Both the position numbers and the translations under genes were made by a program. From assembly GCA_030390025.1 (NCBI GenBank), contig CM059438.1:66962001-67026000 (forward strand): a stretch of 64,000 nucleotides of DNA, in the 5' to 3' direction. The DNA is from Squalus acanthias (taxonomy: Eukaryota). The notes beneath the pieces were generated by a model. The model had not been told where the DNA came from, did no database searches, and saw nothing but the letters and a program-made list of their open reading frames with translations. Below, piece by piece: positions 11,689-25,504 of the stretch (positions within the stretch are counted from its first letter, which is position 1; every line of letters begins with the position of its first letter).

Positions 11689-13101
11689 GGGCCGGAATTT
11701 GCTGTCACGGGCACCTCACAGCATGCTGGTTAGTTAGACTTTCTCCTCCACCAGACAGCTCCAAAAAATTTTCCCTGTAAGTTGCTGGAAATTCGAGCAG
11801 ATAACGGCACGGTGAGGGTAACGGGGCATCTGGGACCTTGGTGAACGATGGGACCAATGAGGTTAAAGGATTGAGAACTGAACCGAGAAAGGACTGAGAA
11901 GGAGGATGGATTAGAGGGTGAATTCCATGGCAAATCAGGTACAGAAAGATAGATAAAGAGAGGGAAAGAAAGATTGGATTAAGAGAGAGAGAAAAAAGAG
12001 ACAGAAAGGAAAAGTGAGGGAAAAAAAATGTAAAATTTAAAATTTGACATTTTTAAAATCTCCAACAACAATTCACTACCTGAAGGAATGAGACTCCACA
12101 CTTTTAATTGTTCACTTTCTGGGCCAGAGAGCTTGTTTGGCAGTCATTAACATTTATTGGCCCTGAATTTGCGGTCGGAGGCTTCCCACAGGAAAATGCC
12201 TCCGATCCGCAAATAAAAAGCCCGGGTACCTGGGGCCTCGGGATCCAAGGAGACTCGCAGTCCTGGGGCTCTCCGGGTAGGCATGGGCAGAGCTCCACGT
12301 ATCCCAGGGGCGCAGGCCGGACCAACAAATGACAAAAGGGAATCCCCATGCATACTTATGGGGATTCTGTATATATGGAATCCCCATAAGTATGAATGGG
12401 AATACCTCAAAAAATACACCTAGACATCAAATAAATTTAAAAAAATCACATATTAAAAATGAATTAAAATGGCATTTAATTTTTTGAAAAATAAATTTAC
12501 GTGTTTTAAAGGGGCTAAAAATAAACTTACCTTATTAGATTACATTTTTTTCTGCTTTTTAAAACTCTTACGCTGGTAAAAGCAGGTCTTAAGAATTTCA
12601 CAGGCATTCGCTGGGCAGAAGTTGGGCAAATAGCCCAACTCTCTGTCCGTGGATGCCCTTTTCCCGGGGATGCATTGGATCTGTCAAGAAGATTCTTGAC
12701 AGATCGCAAGTTCCAAGTTTTAGTGCATGCCTAAACCCGGAAGTTGCGCGGCCCCTACGGGTGCGTGCGCACCTCGTACGCACCCGTAGGGGCTGCAAAT
12801 TACGGCCCAATATGTCGATAAAAGAGTGCTTACCCTATTAATTACTAGACATAACTTTCTGTGGCGCCTTTAATGGGCAATTCATGTGCAAATGCCGCAA
12901 CTTCATGAAACTCACGGGGAGGTTAAGGGTGAGACGCCGTTTTCACAAAGCAAACGGCGGAACGGCACAAATCAGCCAGCAACTTGTGATGATTCACAAT
13001 TCGCATAGTATCTCTTCCTCACTGTAAGTTGCTGGCCGATTTGCACATTAATAACGGCGTGCGTCGTTCACACACCGTTTTGTTTATCAGCAAGTCCGCC
13101 C
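11689..13101. mobile_element. Older Harbinger-type MITE hosting a nested MITE
   Basis: GGGCCGGAATTTGCTG ... CAGCAAGTCCGCCC imperfect TIRs; flanks ATA/ATT. Confidence 0.65.
12159..12808. mobile_element. Harbinger-type MITE (GGCC-TIR group), nested
   Basis: TIRs GGCCCTGAATTTGCGG / CTGCAAATTACGGCCC; inverted relative of 10768-11452. Confidence 0.85.
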
Positions 13102-14149
13102 ATTACGTATCTATCTTGTGCTGTCTTCAGACACTGACTGAAAGCCTTTCTTTTCCCCTCAGACAGTGAATGTTTCAGAGTCAGTGATACACTATACAGC
13201 AGTTAATGAAATCTTTAATTTAAAAGACAATACTTGCTCGGGCCATTCTACAATGCTTGCTTAATGGGAATGCCAAGATAAAGGGAAACTTTCCTTGCTG
13301 CAGGGTCATTCTCCTGAATAGACATTGACCATATAGTTTGGTGACTGGCTGTTAAATCAATTCTGGTGGCTTTGTTTTGTACATACGCAAGAAAGATGGT
13401 GGTGCCACCTTGTTACATGCCTGCAGACTATCGAAAGAGAAACATTTGTGGTTCACTCTTTGCAATGGAGTACTCTTACTTTACTTCTGGGAGTTGGGTT
13501 TGATATCGAGTCACAAAAGCTTTCTGGCAGCTAAAGGTCGGAAGGGAAATTAATTTAAAAGTCTCAACACGATACCCGCTGGGACCTGAGATCAAAGCAC
13601 AAAGCGTTTGCCATATTGAACATTAAGTGGCACTGACTGGGCAATTAAACTAAATGGTATAAGAAACTGAAACATCACACACATGCACCAGGGTGGGAGG
13701 TCTTCGTATGTCGAGGGCTAAGTCACATGATTGGAAAAATGTCGAGGGGCTTCTTGCTCTGCATCTGACTGATGCTCTCATTGACTTGGGAGTATTTGAC
13801 ACTCGTTTTGTGTGCAAGTTGGTGATTAATGATTTCCCTTCACCCCTGCTGACTTCTTGTTTAGGAAAGGAGCGTCCCAGCTTTGATTCCTGAGAGCAGG
13901 TTTTGCCTGGTTGCAATACGATGCGAAAGGATGTGTTGATGAATCTACCCGTCAGTCTCTGCTGAGTGAATTGATTTCAGCCAGGGTTGCGTGGATCGCT
14001 ACAGTCGGTCTCAGCGTTTCCTGGGCTAGGGAGGAAATAAAAATCAGCTGGTTACTCCCCAGTCACCAATGCTGAAAGTGCATGTGTGTGAATGCTGGTT
14101 GGGGACAGAGTGGGAAAGTCCACGTGCGAATAGGCTATTAAAATGCGCA

Positions 14150-14765
14150 GAGGGTTGATTTTGGAGTGGGGCATATATTGGGCAGGTAGGTGGGGAGGGC
14201 TTTGTGTGCGCCCGAAGGAGTTGGTGTGGGGTCCTGCTATTCTCGTGGTCAGGCCGAAGTTAAATGAGTTTGCCAGCTGCCCGCATAAAACACGCTCCCT
14301 GTCGGCAGCTCCCTGATCGGGAAGGTGGGAAATCTGATGGACGGGCCGAACTTGAAGGACCGACAGCAGCCCTTTAAAGGGGAAGGGTTGAAGCATCATG
14401 AGTGAAAGGAAGCACTTGTTTATAGTGGCAGGCATCATTTTAGCAGCACCTCCAGCAGCGAGGACATTAAATGTAGAAGTCCTTAAGGCTCAAAACCCAA
14501 AAGCAGCTTCATCAAAACACTCGTCTGCCAAACACTACTTCACACTTTCACTGATCGTAGCTGAGGATCCCTTTAATAGGCGCTCAAAATGGCCACTTCG
14601 TGACTTCGACTGGCCGTGTTTGGTGAGCGGAAGCAGGAACTTGTAGTTATCCAGTGGACAGAGACACGAATGGTGTTGGATCGTAACTGTGTCAAATGAC
14701 CCTAATTACCGTATATTGATGAGGCTCCTGCTTGTTCTCAGTGGCAGCTCCGGCCTCCTGGATGA
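14150..14765. mobile_element. Possible degenerate Harbinger-type MITE fragment
   Basis: Begins GGGTTGATTTT; GC-rich with CCCTTTAAAGGG and TATTGATGAGGC motifs resembling other MITEs here; no clear right TIR. Confidence 0.35.
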
Positions 14766-14767
14766 GA

Positions 14768-15155
14768 CAAGCTTGTATCAAACCTTGGTTGGACTGCACT
14801 TGGAGTACTGTGCACAGTTATGGTCTCCATATCATAAAAAGGATATAGAGGCACTGGAGAAGATGGAATTTACAAGGATGATATCAGAATGGAGAGGTTT
14901 TACCTATCAGGAAAAAACTGAACAGACTGGGGCACTTTTCTCTAGAAAAGAGCAGGCTGAGGGGGTGACCTGATAGAGGTCTTTAAAATTATGAAGCGGT
15001 TCAATAGGTTAGACGTAGAGAAAATGTTTCTGCTTGTGGGGAATCCAAAACTAGGGGCCATAAATATAAGATAGTCACGAATAAATCCAATAAGGAATTC
15101 ATGAGAAACTTCCTTCAACAGAGGGTGGTTAGAATGTGAAACTCACTACCACATA
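14768..15155 (+). mobile_element. CR1 3' fragment, part 1 (continues at 17881-18070)
   Basis: LYQTLV..HLEYCAQLWSPY motif; colinear with 50900-52352 and 57056-57510. Confidence 0.85.
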
Positions 15156-17878
15156 GGTCATAACCATAGAGTTATAGGGGTAAAAATTCACTTGGTTGCG
15201 CCACCCGTTAGCGCCTTAAGAGGGCGCTAATGGGGCGCAAAGCCGCTAACGCCCGGGCGCAGCGATGTTTGCGCCGCTCGAGAACTTAACTTGAGATTGT
15301 GCGGCGGCGCTAAAGCTTACCGCTGCGACCACCTGCGCGCGCAGATTGTGACGTCATTCCATGGTGCAACGCCCTTGGGGCGCCCCGTAGCGGAAATTGA
15401 GTGGCGCCCCCTGCCTTACCGCCTGGCGCATCCAACGACCAGAAGACTGGAACGCTATCAATCGCTGTGGGGCTGGGGGGGGGCGCTATTTAAAGGGGGC
15501 CTCTTCCTGTCTTTTATTGTTGGTGGCATTTTTGAACTACGCATTCTGAGAGAGAGAGGGAGAGACTTCTGGAGAGATTCAACGTTGTGTGAAGGAGTTT
15601 TGGGTACTGAGCAGCACTTTGCAGGTTCATTTTGATTTGCCATTCCTTGTATCGATTTAGCAGAGACCGTGGGAGCTGCACTCTGAGCTCTTTGCCTGGT
15701 GCTCTCCATTGTTCTTTCCAGCACATTTGATGTGCAAGTCTCTCCAGGCCGAGATTCAAGGCAGCAATGAACAGGATGTGGATGGAAAGCAAGATTAACG
15801 ATCCCCTTTAAGAACTGGCCCGTGCCATTGTGTGTGTGTTCCATTGCTGACTGACATTACATGAGCTTCGCCAGCGCTCCGAGTTAGCGCCTCACTGCTC
15901 GGCCTTTGCGCCTTAAGAGAGGTGTGCAGCGCCTGCTTTAGCGCTCCACTCACCTCCCGGGGCGGTAAAAGTGAAGTTTCCCGTCAGTGCCGATAATTAG
16001 CGCCAGGCGCTAATATTTGCGTCCGGACGATATTTGCGCCCCAAATGGGGCGCGACCTAATTTCTACCCCATAGAGTCATAACGGCACAGAAGGAGGCCA
16101 TTCAGCCCATCGAGTCCACACCAGCTCTCTGTAGAGCAATCCAGTCAGTCCCATTCCCCCTGCTCTATCCCCGTAGCCCTGCAAGTTTATTTCCCTCAAG
16201 TGCCTATCCAGTCTCCCCTTGAAAGCATTGAGTGTCTCCGCTTCTACCACTTCAGTCGGCAGCGAGTTCCAAGTCCTCACCACTTGCTGCGTAAAAAAGT
16301 TTTTCCTCACATCCCCCCTGTGTCTCTTGCCCAAAACCTTAAATCTGTGTCCCCTAGTCCTTGTACCATCAACTAGTGGGAACAGCCTTTGCCCGCCTAG
16401 CCTATCCAAGCCCGTCATAATCTTGTACACTTCTATCAAATCACCCCTCAACCTCCTTTGCTCTAATGAAAACAAATCCAGCTTCTCCAAGCTGTCCTTG
16501 TAGCTAAGATCCCCCATCCCCGGAACCATTCTGGTAAATCTCCTCTGCACCCTCTCAAGTGCCTTCACATCCTTCCTAAAGTGTGGTGACCAGAACTGGA
16601 CGCAATACTCCAGTTGTGCCTAACCAGCGCTTTATAAAGGTTCAGCATAACTTCGCTACTTTTGTACTAAATACCTCTATTTATGAAGCCCAAGGTCCTA
16701 TATGCTTTGCTAACCAGTCTCTCAATATGTCCCACCACCTTCAGGGACCTATGCACATTAACTCCCAGGTCCCTCTGTCCCTGCACACTCTTTAAAACTG
16801 TGCCATTAAGTGTATATTACCTCTCCCTGTTCCTTCTGCCAAAATGCATCACCTCACACTTCTCTGTATTAAATTCCATCTGCCACTTGTCTGCCCATTC
16901 TGCTAGCCTTTCTATGTCCTGGTGCAGTCGATTGGTATCATCATCACTGTTTGCCACACCCCCAAGTTTGGTGTCATCGGCAAATTTAAAAATTCTACTC
17001 TGTATTGCAATATCCAGGTCATTTATATATATCAAAAAAAGCAGTGGCCCCAGCACTGACCCTTGGGGAACACCACTGTCTACCATCCTCCAGTCTGAAA
17101 AACAGCCATTTACCACAACTCACTGTTTTCTGTCCTTAAGCCAATTCCTTATCCAAGCTGCCACTGACCCACCTATTCCATGAGCCTCAATTTTGTTAAC
17201 CAGCCTTTTATGTGATACTTTGTCAAACGCCTTCCTAAAATCCATGTAGACAACATCCATTGCATTCCCTTCATCAATCCTCCCTGTTACTTCATCAAAA
17301 AATTCAATTAGATTAGTCAAACACGATCTGCCTTTTACAAATCCGTGTTGGCTCTCCTTAATTAGCTTAAACCTCTCCAAGTGCCCGTTAATTTTTTCCT
17401 TGATTATTGTTTCTAAAACTTTACCCACCACTGATGTTAAACTGTAGTTACTAGGATTATACTTACACCCTTTCTTGAATAATGGTGTCACATTTGCCGC
17501 TTTCCAATCCTCAGGCACCTCCCCCGCATCTAGGGAAGATTGGAAAATTATGGCAAGCCCTTCCACTATCTCCTCCCCCAATTCCCTTAGCCATCTGGGA
17601 TGTAAGCCATCTGGACCAGGCGACTTATCCACTCTAATCATACCCAGCCTTTCTAGTACATCCTGTCTATCAATTTTCACCCCTCCCATTGCTTCTACCT
17701 TTTCCACTTCTACCGATATTTTGTCAGCATCCACCTCCTTAGTAAACACCGATACAAAGTAGTCATTGAGTATTCTAGCCTTGCCCTGCGCCTCTAAGCA
17801 TATATCACCTTCTTTGTCCCTAATAGGCCCCACCCCGCCTCTTACTACCCGCTTACTGTTTACATGCCGGTAGAAGAT
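15156..17878 (-). mobile_element. CR1 LINE, 5'-truncated ORF2 (RT), nested in another CR1, with a MITE in its tail
   Basis: ORFs 17120-17908 (KSPGPDG, QHGF, DFRKAFD), 16817-17116 ([14 protein letters not shown]), 16077-16568; ATAGAGTC-type tail repeats. Confidence 0.95.
15177..16070. mobile_element. Non-autonomous Harbinger, internal-deletion derivative of the 38058-42210 family
   Basis: TIRs GGGGTAAAAATTC / TAATTTCTACCCC; TSD ATA; both halves align to the ends of the two-gene element. Confidence 0.92.
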
Positions 17879-17880
17879 TG

Positions 17881-18070
17881 GTTGAGGAATAGTTGAGGTG
17901 AATACCATAGATGCATTTAAGAAGAAGCTAGTTAATTACATGAGGGAGAATGAAGTAGAAGAATATGTTGATGTGGTGCGATGAAGTAAAGTGGGAGGAG
18001 GCTCGTGTGGCACCGGCATAGACCAGTTGGGCTGAATGGCCTGTTTCTGTGCTGTAATTTTGATGTAATT
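17881..18070 (+). mobile_element. CR1 3' end, part 2 of 14768-15155
   Basis: Resumes colinearity (ATAGATGCATTTAAG...GAATGGCCTGTTTCTGTG). Confidence 0.8.
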
Positions 18071-19214
18071 CTTTGTAAAGACACTTTACAAAGCGGTGGA
18101 TAGTGAGTGGGCAATTGGCTGCACGACACAATCCCTTTCCATGGTCATTGCAAACAGTCTGATTCCAAATCACATTCTAAACATAGAATCAGCAACACTT
18201 TATGAGATGGATTTTTATGCCAAAGTACAATAAAAAGTGCTGTGAATGCCTATTGTATTAGCTGCCTCACTTAGGGACAACATGCTTTGTGTAATTAGGT
18301 TGGTGGGATTTTTTTTATATATCATTTTGTATCAGAATTTTATATTTCCTAGCAACATTAATAATTGAGCTTGTCGGATTTCTTTCCAGTTTCATTATGT
18401 CCTAATCCTTTGAGAGAAAGATTGTTCATTCAATAATACTTTGAACACTGAAGGAGGATTTCAATAGCAGAACAATAACTGTTGACAAGATGATGCTTAT
18501 TAGTTAGGTCAGGAAATAGGAATATTTCAGATCGTGTTCTTTCTCGTTGCTTTAATATTGCCTCTTAAAATTATTTCCGAAAAGTGTAGTGAAAATCATT
18601 TTTCTGCGTGTTGTTTGATGGAAGTTAGACACATTGAAGGACATAGTCATAGCGAGGTGAGGAGTCATAGAGAGTTGTCAATACTCTTCCCTTATCCGCT
18701 GTGCAAAAGCATATTGAAATGCTTCCAGAGTGCTGTTGTGATGCTTTGGTAGGGCCTTTCACCCAGCCACTTGCTCAGGTCATGCTCATTGTCAATGAGA
18801 AGCACTTAATGGTGACAAGCACCTCAACAAACCCGCACTCCCTCCATAGGGAAGCAGAAAATAACTCTACTGATAAAGTAACCCTGGGCTGCCCTTGCAG
18901 GTCTTCTAGTGAGCAACTGTCTAATGACAGCCCTGCAGCTGAATTGGCACATAGTGCATGGTTTGGAAATAGAGAGGAGAGTCAGGAGAAATTTTAAGAA
19001 TACTGAGGCACATTCGTTAGGTTCGTGCAAAGGGACAATGCTATATTTGACTGGAATGCTTTGATGGGGATTGTATGGAGGGAGCTTCACCTGCAACTAA
19101 CTCACGCTGTACCCATTCTCAGTCCACTTGTTGGGCAATATAAAATCAACTTTACCCCCCACCTCGGCCATGCTAAATCCGACTTGGCAAAAAACAGAGT
19201 GGCGATAATTAGAA

Positions 19215-19430
19215 TATTGTTTACACAGCGAGTTGTTATGATCTGGAACGCACTGCCTGAAAGGGTGGTGGAGGCAAATTCAATAGTAACTTTCAAAAGG
19301 GAATTGGATATAAATTTGAAAAGGACAATTTTGCAGGGCTATGGGGATAGAATGGGGGTGTGGGACTAATTGGATAGCTCTTTCAAAGAGCTGGCAGAGG
19401 CACGATGAACTAAATGGCCTCCTTCTGCGC
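19215..19430 (+). mobile_element. CR1 3' fragment
   Basis: FTQRVVMIWNALPERVVEA translation. Confidence 0.85.
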
Positions 19431-19435
19431 TTTAA

Positions 19436-19925
19436 CCAGACTGATACCTGGGATGGCAGGAATGACGTATGAAGAGAGATTGGGACGATTGGGCTTGTAT
19501 TCGCTAGAGTTTAGAAGAATGAGAGGGGATCTCATTGAAACTTATAAAATTATAACAGGACTAGACAGACTAGATGCAGGAAGGATGTTCCCGATGGCGG
19601 GGGAGTCCAGAACCAGGGGTCACAGTCTAAGGATAAGGGGTAAGCCATTTAGGACTGAGATGAGGAGGAATTTCTTCACCCAGAGAGTGGTGAACCTGTG
19701 GAATTCTCTACCACAGAAGGCAGTTGAGGCCAATTCATTAAATATATTCAAGAAGGAGTTAGATATATTTCTTAAGGCTAAAGGGATCAAGGGATATGGG
19801 GAGAAAGCAGGGACAGGGTACTGAATTTGGATGATCAGCCATGATCTCATTAAATGGCGGAGCAGGCTCGAGGGGCCGAATGGCCTACTCCTGCTCCTAT
19901 CTTCTATGTTTCTATGTTTCTATGT
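19436..19925 (+). mobile_element. Young CR1 3' fragment (TTCTATGT tail)
   Basis: Nearly identical to 33620-34099 and 44620-45108; TTTAA on both sides. Confidence 0.95.
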
Positions 19926-20934
19926 TTAATATTTTATGATGGGGGAAGCTCGATACAGAGCTGAAAAGTGGACAAGCATTCCATTCTCTAGCGCTGACAT
20001 CATCCACCTCGGTGAACACAAAAATATTCTGCACTTGAACAAAAGTGGATGATGCAGAATGTCAAGTCTGCAGGGTAGAAACTAGGTAACTTCAACGCAC
20101 ATGACACAAATCAAACTGTTTATTTGCACTAGGCACTGCTTACTTTTGGACGCACTCTGACATTTTATAATTTAGAAAAATAAAATGGACCATTTAATCA
20201 CAAGACGCTGCTTAGTTCTACAGGACTCACAGTGTAGCATCAGAACATGTTTCTCCAACAAAGAAATGATTTCTGTCTCAAGGGGATTGAATTTTCCTTT
20301 GGTTATTAGAACTAATTGCTCAGGTCATCTGTCACCAACATTTCTTCTGGGATCTGGAGAGATTTAGTAAATTGATGCACTTATTGATAGCACGGTAATT
20401 ACAAAGAAATGACTCATGTCCTTATCATTACAAATTCAATTTGGATCCATAGAATCTCTTTACTTGACAGAAAAGGCTGCAAATTTCAATTACTTGTTTA
20501 ACAGAAGTGAAAGTGGATGCAATAGTGGTCAGAGAGAGTGACTTTTTAATGAATTAATTTCTATATTTCTCCTATTTCCCTGTCACCATGACATGCAGCT
20601 TCCCTGACCGACAGGACAGACTGTTGACCACCTCTGAGCGCTCTGCAGATATTAAGTCCACAATTAGCCATGAGTAGATGTGGCCTTGGATGACTGTTAC
20701 CCCTAAGTTGTTTTCCCCTGGCTTCTTTTTGTTACATGCCCACAGTTGGTTGAGATTGGCTACCCACCATATCAGGAACGATGGGTATGAATTGGTTTCT
20801 TGCCACTCGTTGCCTTCTGCCACAGTAAGTGTAATGTGCATCCTTTTACTTGCAAATGGAACTTTAGTTTTAACTTTATGGGTCCCGTTCACCCTTCACC
20901 CCTGTGCTCGCTTACCTACTTAACTAATTGCTCC

Positions 20935-21356
20935 GGTCTGGCAATGCCTTGATTTTAATATTCTCATCCTTGTTTTCAAATCCCTCCATGGCCTCGCCCT
21001 TCCCTATCTCTGTAATCTCCTCCAGCACTACAACCCTCCAAGATCTCTGCGCTCCTCCAATTCTGGCCTCTTGTGCATCCTGATTTTAATCGCTCCACCA
21101 TTGGTGGCCGTGCCTTCAGCTGCCTAGGTCCTAAACTCTAGAATTACCTTCCTAAACCTCTCCGCCTCTCTACCTCTCACCTCTTCCTTTAAGACGGTCC
21201 TTAAAATCTACCTCTTTGACCAAGCTTTTGGTCACCTGTCCTAATATCTCCTTATGTGGCTCGGTGTCAAATTTTGTTTGATAATGCTCCTGTGAAGCAC
21301 CTTGGGATGTTTTACTACATTAATGACACTATATAAATGCAAATTCTCGTTGTTGC
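20935..21356 (+). mobile_element. L2-type LINE 3' fragment
   Basis: Homologous to 1424-1790; ends CTATATAAATGCAA..GTTGTTG. Confidence 0.8.
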
Positions 21357-22644
21357 TTTATTGTTTCCCAAATAGTAACACTTTTTTAAAATGCTGCTGG
21401 GGTGACTTTCCCAATGAGTAGAAGCTGTTTCAAATGCACCAACTGCTTTTTAGGGGGAAGAAGTTCCGTCAGTTCATTTATTTACACAAAAAATCTTGTC
21501 CAACGACTTTGATTGAAATTTATTGACAAATTGGTGGTTATTTCTTCTCCATCCAGAAAGTCACTTTTGCAGGGATTATGAGAGAGGTTGGAGTTGTGCT
21601 TAAGATGTGACTTTCAAGATGGCACACAATCACCAGACAAAAACAAGGTGAGGAACATTAGTTCTTTAATGGTGCGCCTTTTCTTTTTTCACTTCCCCCC
21701 CCCCAACCTCCCCCTCGGCTGAAAGACACTGACTCTTTACACACTCCACATTCCACACTCTGGTACCTCACTCAGGTGCCCATTCTTGGTGTGCCAATCT
21801 AGACGGTGAATGTTAGCGGGCCATTCGACCATGGAGGAGCCCTATCTGTACTCAGTCACGTCTACATGTATGCTGTTTTTAGGAGGTGCCACTCACCAGC
21901 AAGCAATTAGTAGGCAAGAATGAAGTGTACTGAGGCCAATGGTAATGCAGTCTGACTTCATTTATAATATAGTGATAGTGACATTTTGAATGTATCAGGA
22001 AAGAAACTCCTTGTTGTCGGCAGAGAAAAATACAACTGAGATCTATTTTTTTCCCCCTCCTGAGTCCATCTCTGGAAATAGATTCAATGTCATGTTTTAT
22101 CAATAATTGTCTCTGTAATGGCACTTAGATTTCCATAATGTCGTGGTGCTGATCCCAGATCATTAGGCAGTGGTTTGTGTGGACAGTTGCGGTTAAGATC
22201 TTTCACAATTATACCTTGCAAGACTAATAGGCCCTCAGGAACAGAGCTCAGCATCTGCTCAATCAATAAAAGAAATTAATTTAATAGCTTAAAAGAACAG
22301 GAGTTTTGTTTTGGGAGAAACTTCATCTTGCCTTCTGTCAGCTCATCACAGTCAGAGTTCTATACTTGCAGCATCGCCGATGCTTTAATTTCAGAGCATG
22401 ATTCCGTTTTGCACAGTGTATGGGGATTTAATTGCCCCATTGCTAGTTCACAACTTCCCCTGATGGCTGAAAGGGTAAATCACAAGATAAATACAGATCT
22501 AGGAAAAGAAAACTTGCCCATCGTGTCATCCTTTTGAATCTTGAAGGAAACTAAGGATTTTTCCTCCAGTCCCGCTCTCAGAAGACCACTTCACATTTTG
22601 GCCACCCTTTGCGGGAAGGGATTCACCTTACCATTACTCTCAGA

Positions 22645-23085
22645 CTGCCCATGGTGGTAGTATTCTCACCTGTAAGTCAGAAGGTTTTGGGTTCAACTGT
22701 GCTCCCACATAAATCAAGGCAGGCACTTCAGTACAATACTGAGGGAGTGCTGTATTGTTTGGAGATTCTGTCTTCCAACGAGCTGTTAACCAAGGCCCCC
22801 ATCTGTCAGTTGAGGTGGATGTAATCTCACAGCACTTTTTGAAAGAAGAGCAGAGAGCTCTCCTGGTGTCCAGGCCAACATTCATCCTTTAATCAAAACC
22901 ACCAAAACAGATTAACTGTTCATTCAACTGGTTACTGTTTGTGAGATCTTACTGGGCACAGATTGGCTGCCATCTTTGCCTACATAATACCAGTGACAAC
23001 ATTTCAAAAGTAATTCATTGGCTGTGAAGCGTTTTGGAATTTCATGCAGATGTGAAAGCTGCTACATGAATGAAAGTTCCTTCCT
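22645..23085 (+). mobile_element. tRNA-derived SINE, diverged
   Basis: B-box GGGTTCAAC; body homologous to 55510-55974. Confidence 0.7.
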
Positions 23086-23226
23086 GTTTCTTTACCTAGT
23101 TTGAGCCTGAGGACACTTGATTTAGTGTTGTGGCTTTCCTTGAAGTAGTTCTCCAGATTAACCTTTTCTCTGTATTTTTTAGTCACCTGTATAAGGTCCC
23201 CTCTCAATCATCTCTTTCAAGATTAA

Positions 23227-23887
23227 GGGGGAAAAATTTGGTCGCGACCATTTTGGGGCGCTAACATCGCCTGGGCGCTAACTTTAGTGTCAGCGACCAC
23301 AAAATTGAGTATTAGCACCCCAAGAGGGAAGTGTAGCGCTAAATCAAGCGCTCCACTTCCTTCTTAGGGCGCTAACGTTGGCGAGCGGGGCGGAGACTTT
23401 AGCAGCGCTGCACACTGGGCCGTGCAGTGCTGCTGCGTTCAAAGGCTCCTTCCCTCCCTTAAAGGGAAGGGCCATCGCTGCAGGCTCTGCAAATTAAAAA
23501 ATACCTACCTGGACCAGCAAAACAGCTGCAATCCCGCGCGATCAGCCGGGCACTCAAGCAGAACGCCGGGCTGATCGATCGCGGGCAGGAACCAGCGAAA
23601 AAAACTGGAACAGGAAAGGTAAGGTTTTTTTTTCCACTTACCTCGGCCACCTCGCCTTTAATCATCGCCCCCGAAGTGGCCGGCCGCCCAATGCACGCCT
23701 CCTGCAGCTGTCGGTGTTTTCGACCAGCGCTGCTGCAGGGGGCAATGCGCACGGAGATGATGTCATGTTCTCCGGGCGATGGAGATCGAGGCACAACACT
23801 GCAGTGCCGCTGTAAAACTCCCGCCGGATATGGTGGGAGTCAATGTCAACACCGCGCCCGATCGCAAAGGCACCCAATTTCACCCCC
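23227..23887. mobile_element. Harbinger-type MITE (GGGG-TIR group, distinct family)
   Basis: TIRs GGGGGAAAAATTTGG / CCAATTTCACCCCC; TSD TAA (23224-23226, 23888-23890). Confidence 0.9.
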
Positions 23888-23898
23888 TAAGAGACTAT

Positions 23899-24791
23899 GG
23901 TGGAAAAATTCAGTTGGTTGCGCCTCCCGTTAGTGCCTTAAGAGGGCGCTAATGGGGCGCAAAGCATCTAGCGCCCAGGCGCGGCGAAGTTTGCGCCGCT
24001 CGCGAAATTAACTAGACATTTTGCGGCGGCGCTAAACACCAGCGCCACGATCTCCTGCGCCGGCAGATCGTGACGTCAGTCGAGTGCGCAACGCCCCGGT
24101 ATCGCCCCGGAGCGGATATTGAGTGGCGCCCCCTGCCTTACCGCCTGACGCTATCAACGACAGTTTGAGTGGAGCGTTCTGCAGTCATGAAGGGAAAGGG
24201 GGAATGCTATTTAAAGGTGACCGCTTCCTGCCTTTTATTGTTGGTGCCATTTTTGAACTACGCATTCTGAGAGAGAGAGAGAGAGACTTCTGGAGAGATT
24301 CAACATTGTGTGAAGGAGTTTTGGGTACTGAGCAGCACTTTGCAGCTTCATTTTGATTTGCCATTCCTTGTATCGATTTAGAAGAGAATGTGGGGGCTGC
24401 ACTCTGAGCTCTTTGCCTGGTACTCTCCATTGTTCTTTCCAGCAGATTTGATGTGCAGATTTCTCCAGGCCGAGATTCAAGGCTGCAATTAGCAGGATGT
24501 GGATGGAAAGTGAGATTAACCATCCCCTTTAAGAACTGGCCCGTTCCATTGTGTGTGTGTTCCATTGCTGACTGACATTACATAAGCTTCGCCAGCGCTC
24601 TGAGGTAGCGCCTCGCTCCTCGGCCTTTGCGCCTTAAGACAGGTGTGAAGCGCCTGATTTAGCGCTCCAATCACCTCCAGGGGCGATAAAAGTCAAGTTT
24701 GCAGTCGGTGGCGATAATTAGTGCCAGGTGCTAATCTTTGCGCCCGGCCGATAATTGCGCCCCAAATGGGGCGATACTGAATTTCTCCCCC
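23899..24791. mobile_element. Non-autonomous Harbinger, second copy of the 15177-16070 family
   Basis: TIRs GGTGGAAAAATTCAG / CTGAATTTCTCCCCC; TSD TAT; same internal junction as 15177-16070. Confidence 0.92.
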
Positions 24792-25504
24792 TATATTCTC
24801 CAGTATTTCTTTCTAACATGGTCCTCTGGGCCTGAAGGTGTGGTCTGACCATGACTGTACAGCGTGGCATGTCCTTACTTGTACTGTACTTGCAATACTG
24901 TCCAACATTCTTTAGTTTATTGCTGCTCCACATTGGTTTGATGTATTTCGTCCCATCATCCCAAATCATTTTCAAAATCACCATACACTTGTTCAACAAG
25001 CTATATAGTGTACCTATGCCACCCATTTTCCGTTTAACATCCAGTAATTTACACTGGTTTATATTAAGTTTTAGCTGTTACTCTCTTGCCCGTTTACAGA
25101 CATTACCTTTTGCAGGTCTGTGGCTGCTTTCTCAGACTTCCCTCCTGGGTTTCTGACTCAAGTTATTGCTGTAGACTGGAAACAGTTGTGACTCAGCTGC
25201 CATTCGCAACCATTGCCCTTGCATCTTCACTGTGTTGAAATTAAGACTCTTAAACTGTCTTCAACTCTGACTCAGTCTTTTCTCATGTCTCCAAACTGTG
25301 GCTATCCTTATGTCACTTCTTCCTACAATCTACAGGTATTAAAAACCCAAGCATGGTGTTACCTAACTGTAGCATGAAATATTTATTTCATTTTCCTTTT
25401 CTTTTAAATCTAGGTGGTATCCTGCATCATGGACTTGGTCCATTACTTTGGTTTCCCATTAAATATAAAGATGCATACCTGTCACTCGACTCAACAAGGC
25501 TCTG

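Larger units (their letters stand above)
23090..25120 (-). mobile_element. Old CR1 fragment interrupted by two MITEs
   Basis: RGDLIQV and VRPHL remnants on minus strand flanking the MITE pair. Confidence 0.55.
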
